From positions 129,642,001-129,706,000 of the forward strand of contig OX597819.1 of NCBI GenBank assembly GCA_951406725.2: a stretch of DNA of 64,000 nt. Direction: 5' to 3'. Positions 63,904-64,000 of the stretch are shown piece after piece. The notes below the pieces were generated by a model, which saw only the letters and a list, made by a program, of their open reading frames with translations, was not told the origin of the DNA and did not search any database. The stretch comes from Octopus vulgaris (lineage: Eukaryota). The first letter of the stretch is position 1, and every line of letters begins with the position of its first letter. The position numbers and the translations under genes were made by a program.

Positions 63904-64000
63904 TTTGTTGTGCAAGATTTTTTATGCGGTCACAGGAGTGTGACGAAAGAACTTTGGCCGAAAAAAAAAAAAAAAAAATAAATATCACTGAAGCAAAATA

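Overview
Eukaryotic, AT-rich, repeat-dominated DNA. The tRNA-headed SINE families and dense (TA)n/(ATGT)n/(CA)n microsatellites strongly suggest an octopod cephalopod (Octopus-like); this is an inference, not a database result. Nearly all long ORFs in the supplied track are microsatellite artefacts. The only host-gene signal I can support is the last three coding exons of an unidentified + strand gene (739-847, 4082-4132, 4711-4739). The rest is mobile DNA: four SINE families (labelled A-D here), RTE and CR1-group LINE 3' fragments, decayed mariner and Chapaev-like transposases, two hAT MITEs with 8-bp TSDs, and non-autonomous Helitrons. Two things stand out. (1) About 15 short elements of several unrelated sequence families sit inside (TA)n tracts, often as long fold-back palindromes, and many carry minimal type-I hammerhead ribozyme motifs (CUGANGA...GAAA-palindromic helix III-NUH), including non-canonical cores. 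One lies directly behind the C-terminus of a Penelope-type GIY-YIG ORF (63289-63462), linking the set to Penelope-like retroelements. (2) A single TSD-flanked SINE insertion has expanded into a 17 x 184-bp satellite with nested 3-mer/6-mer higher-order structure (22325-25501). All folds and family assignments were made by eye and need computational and biochemical confirmation.
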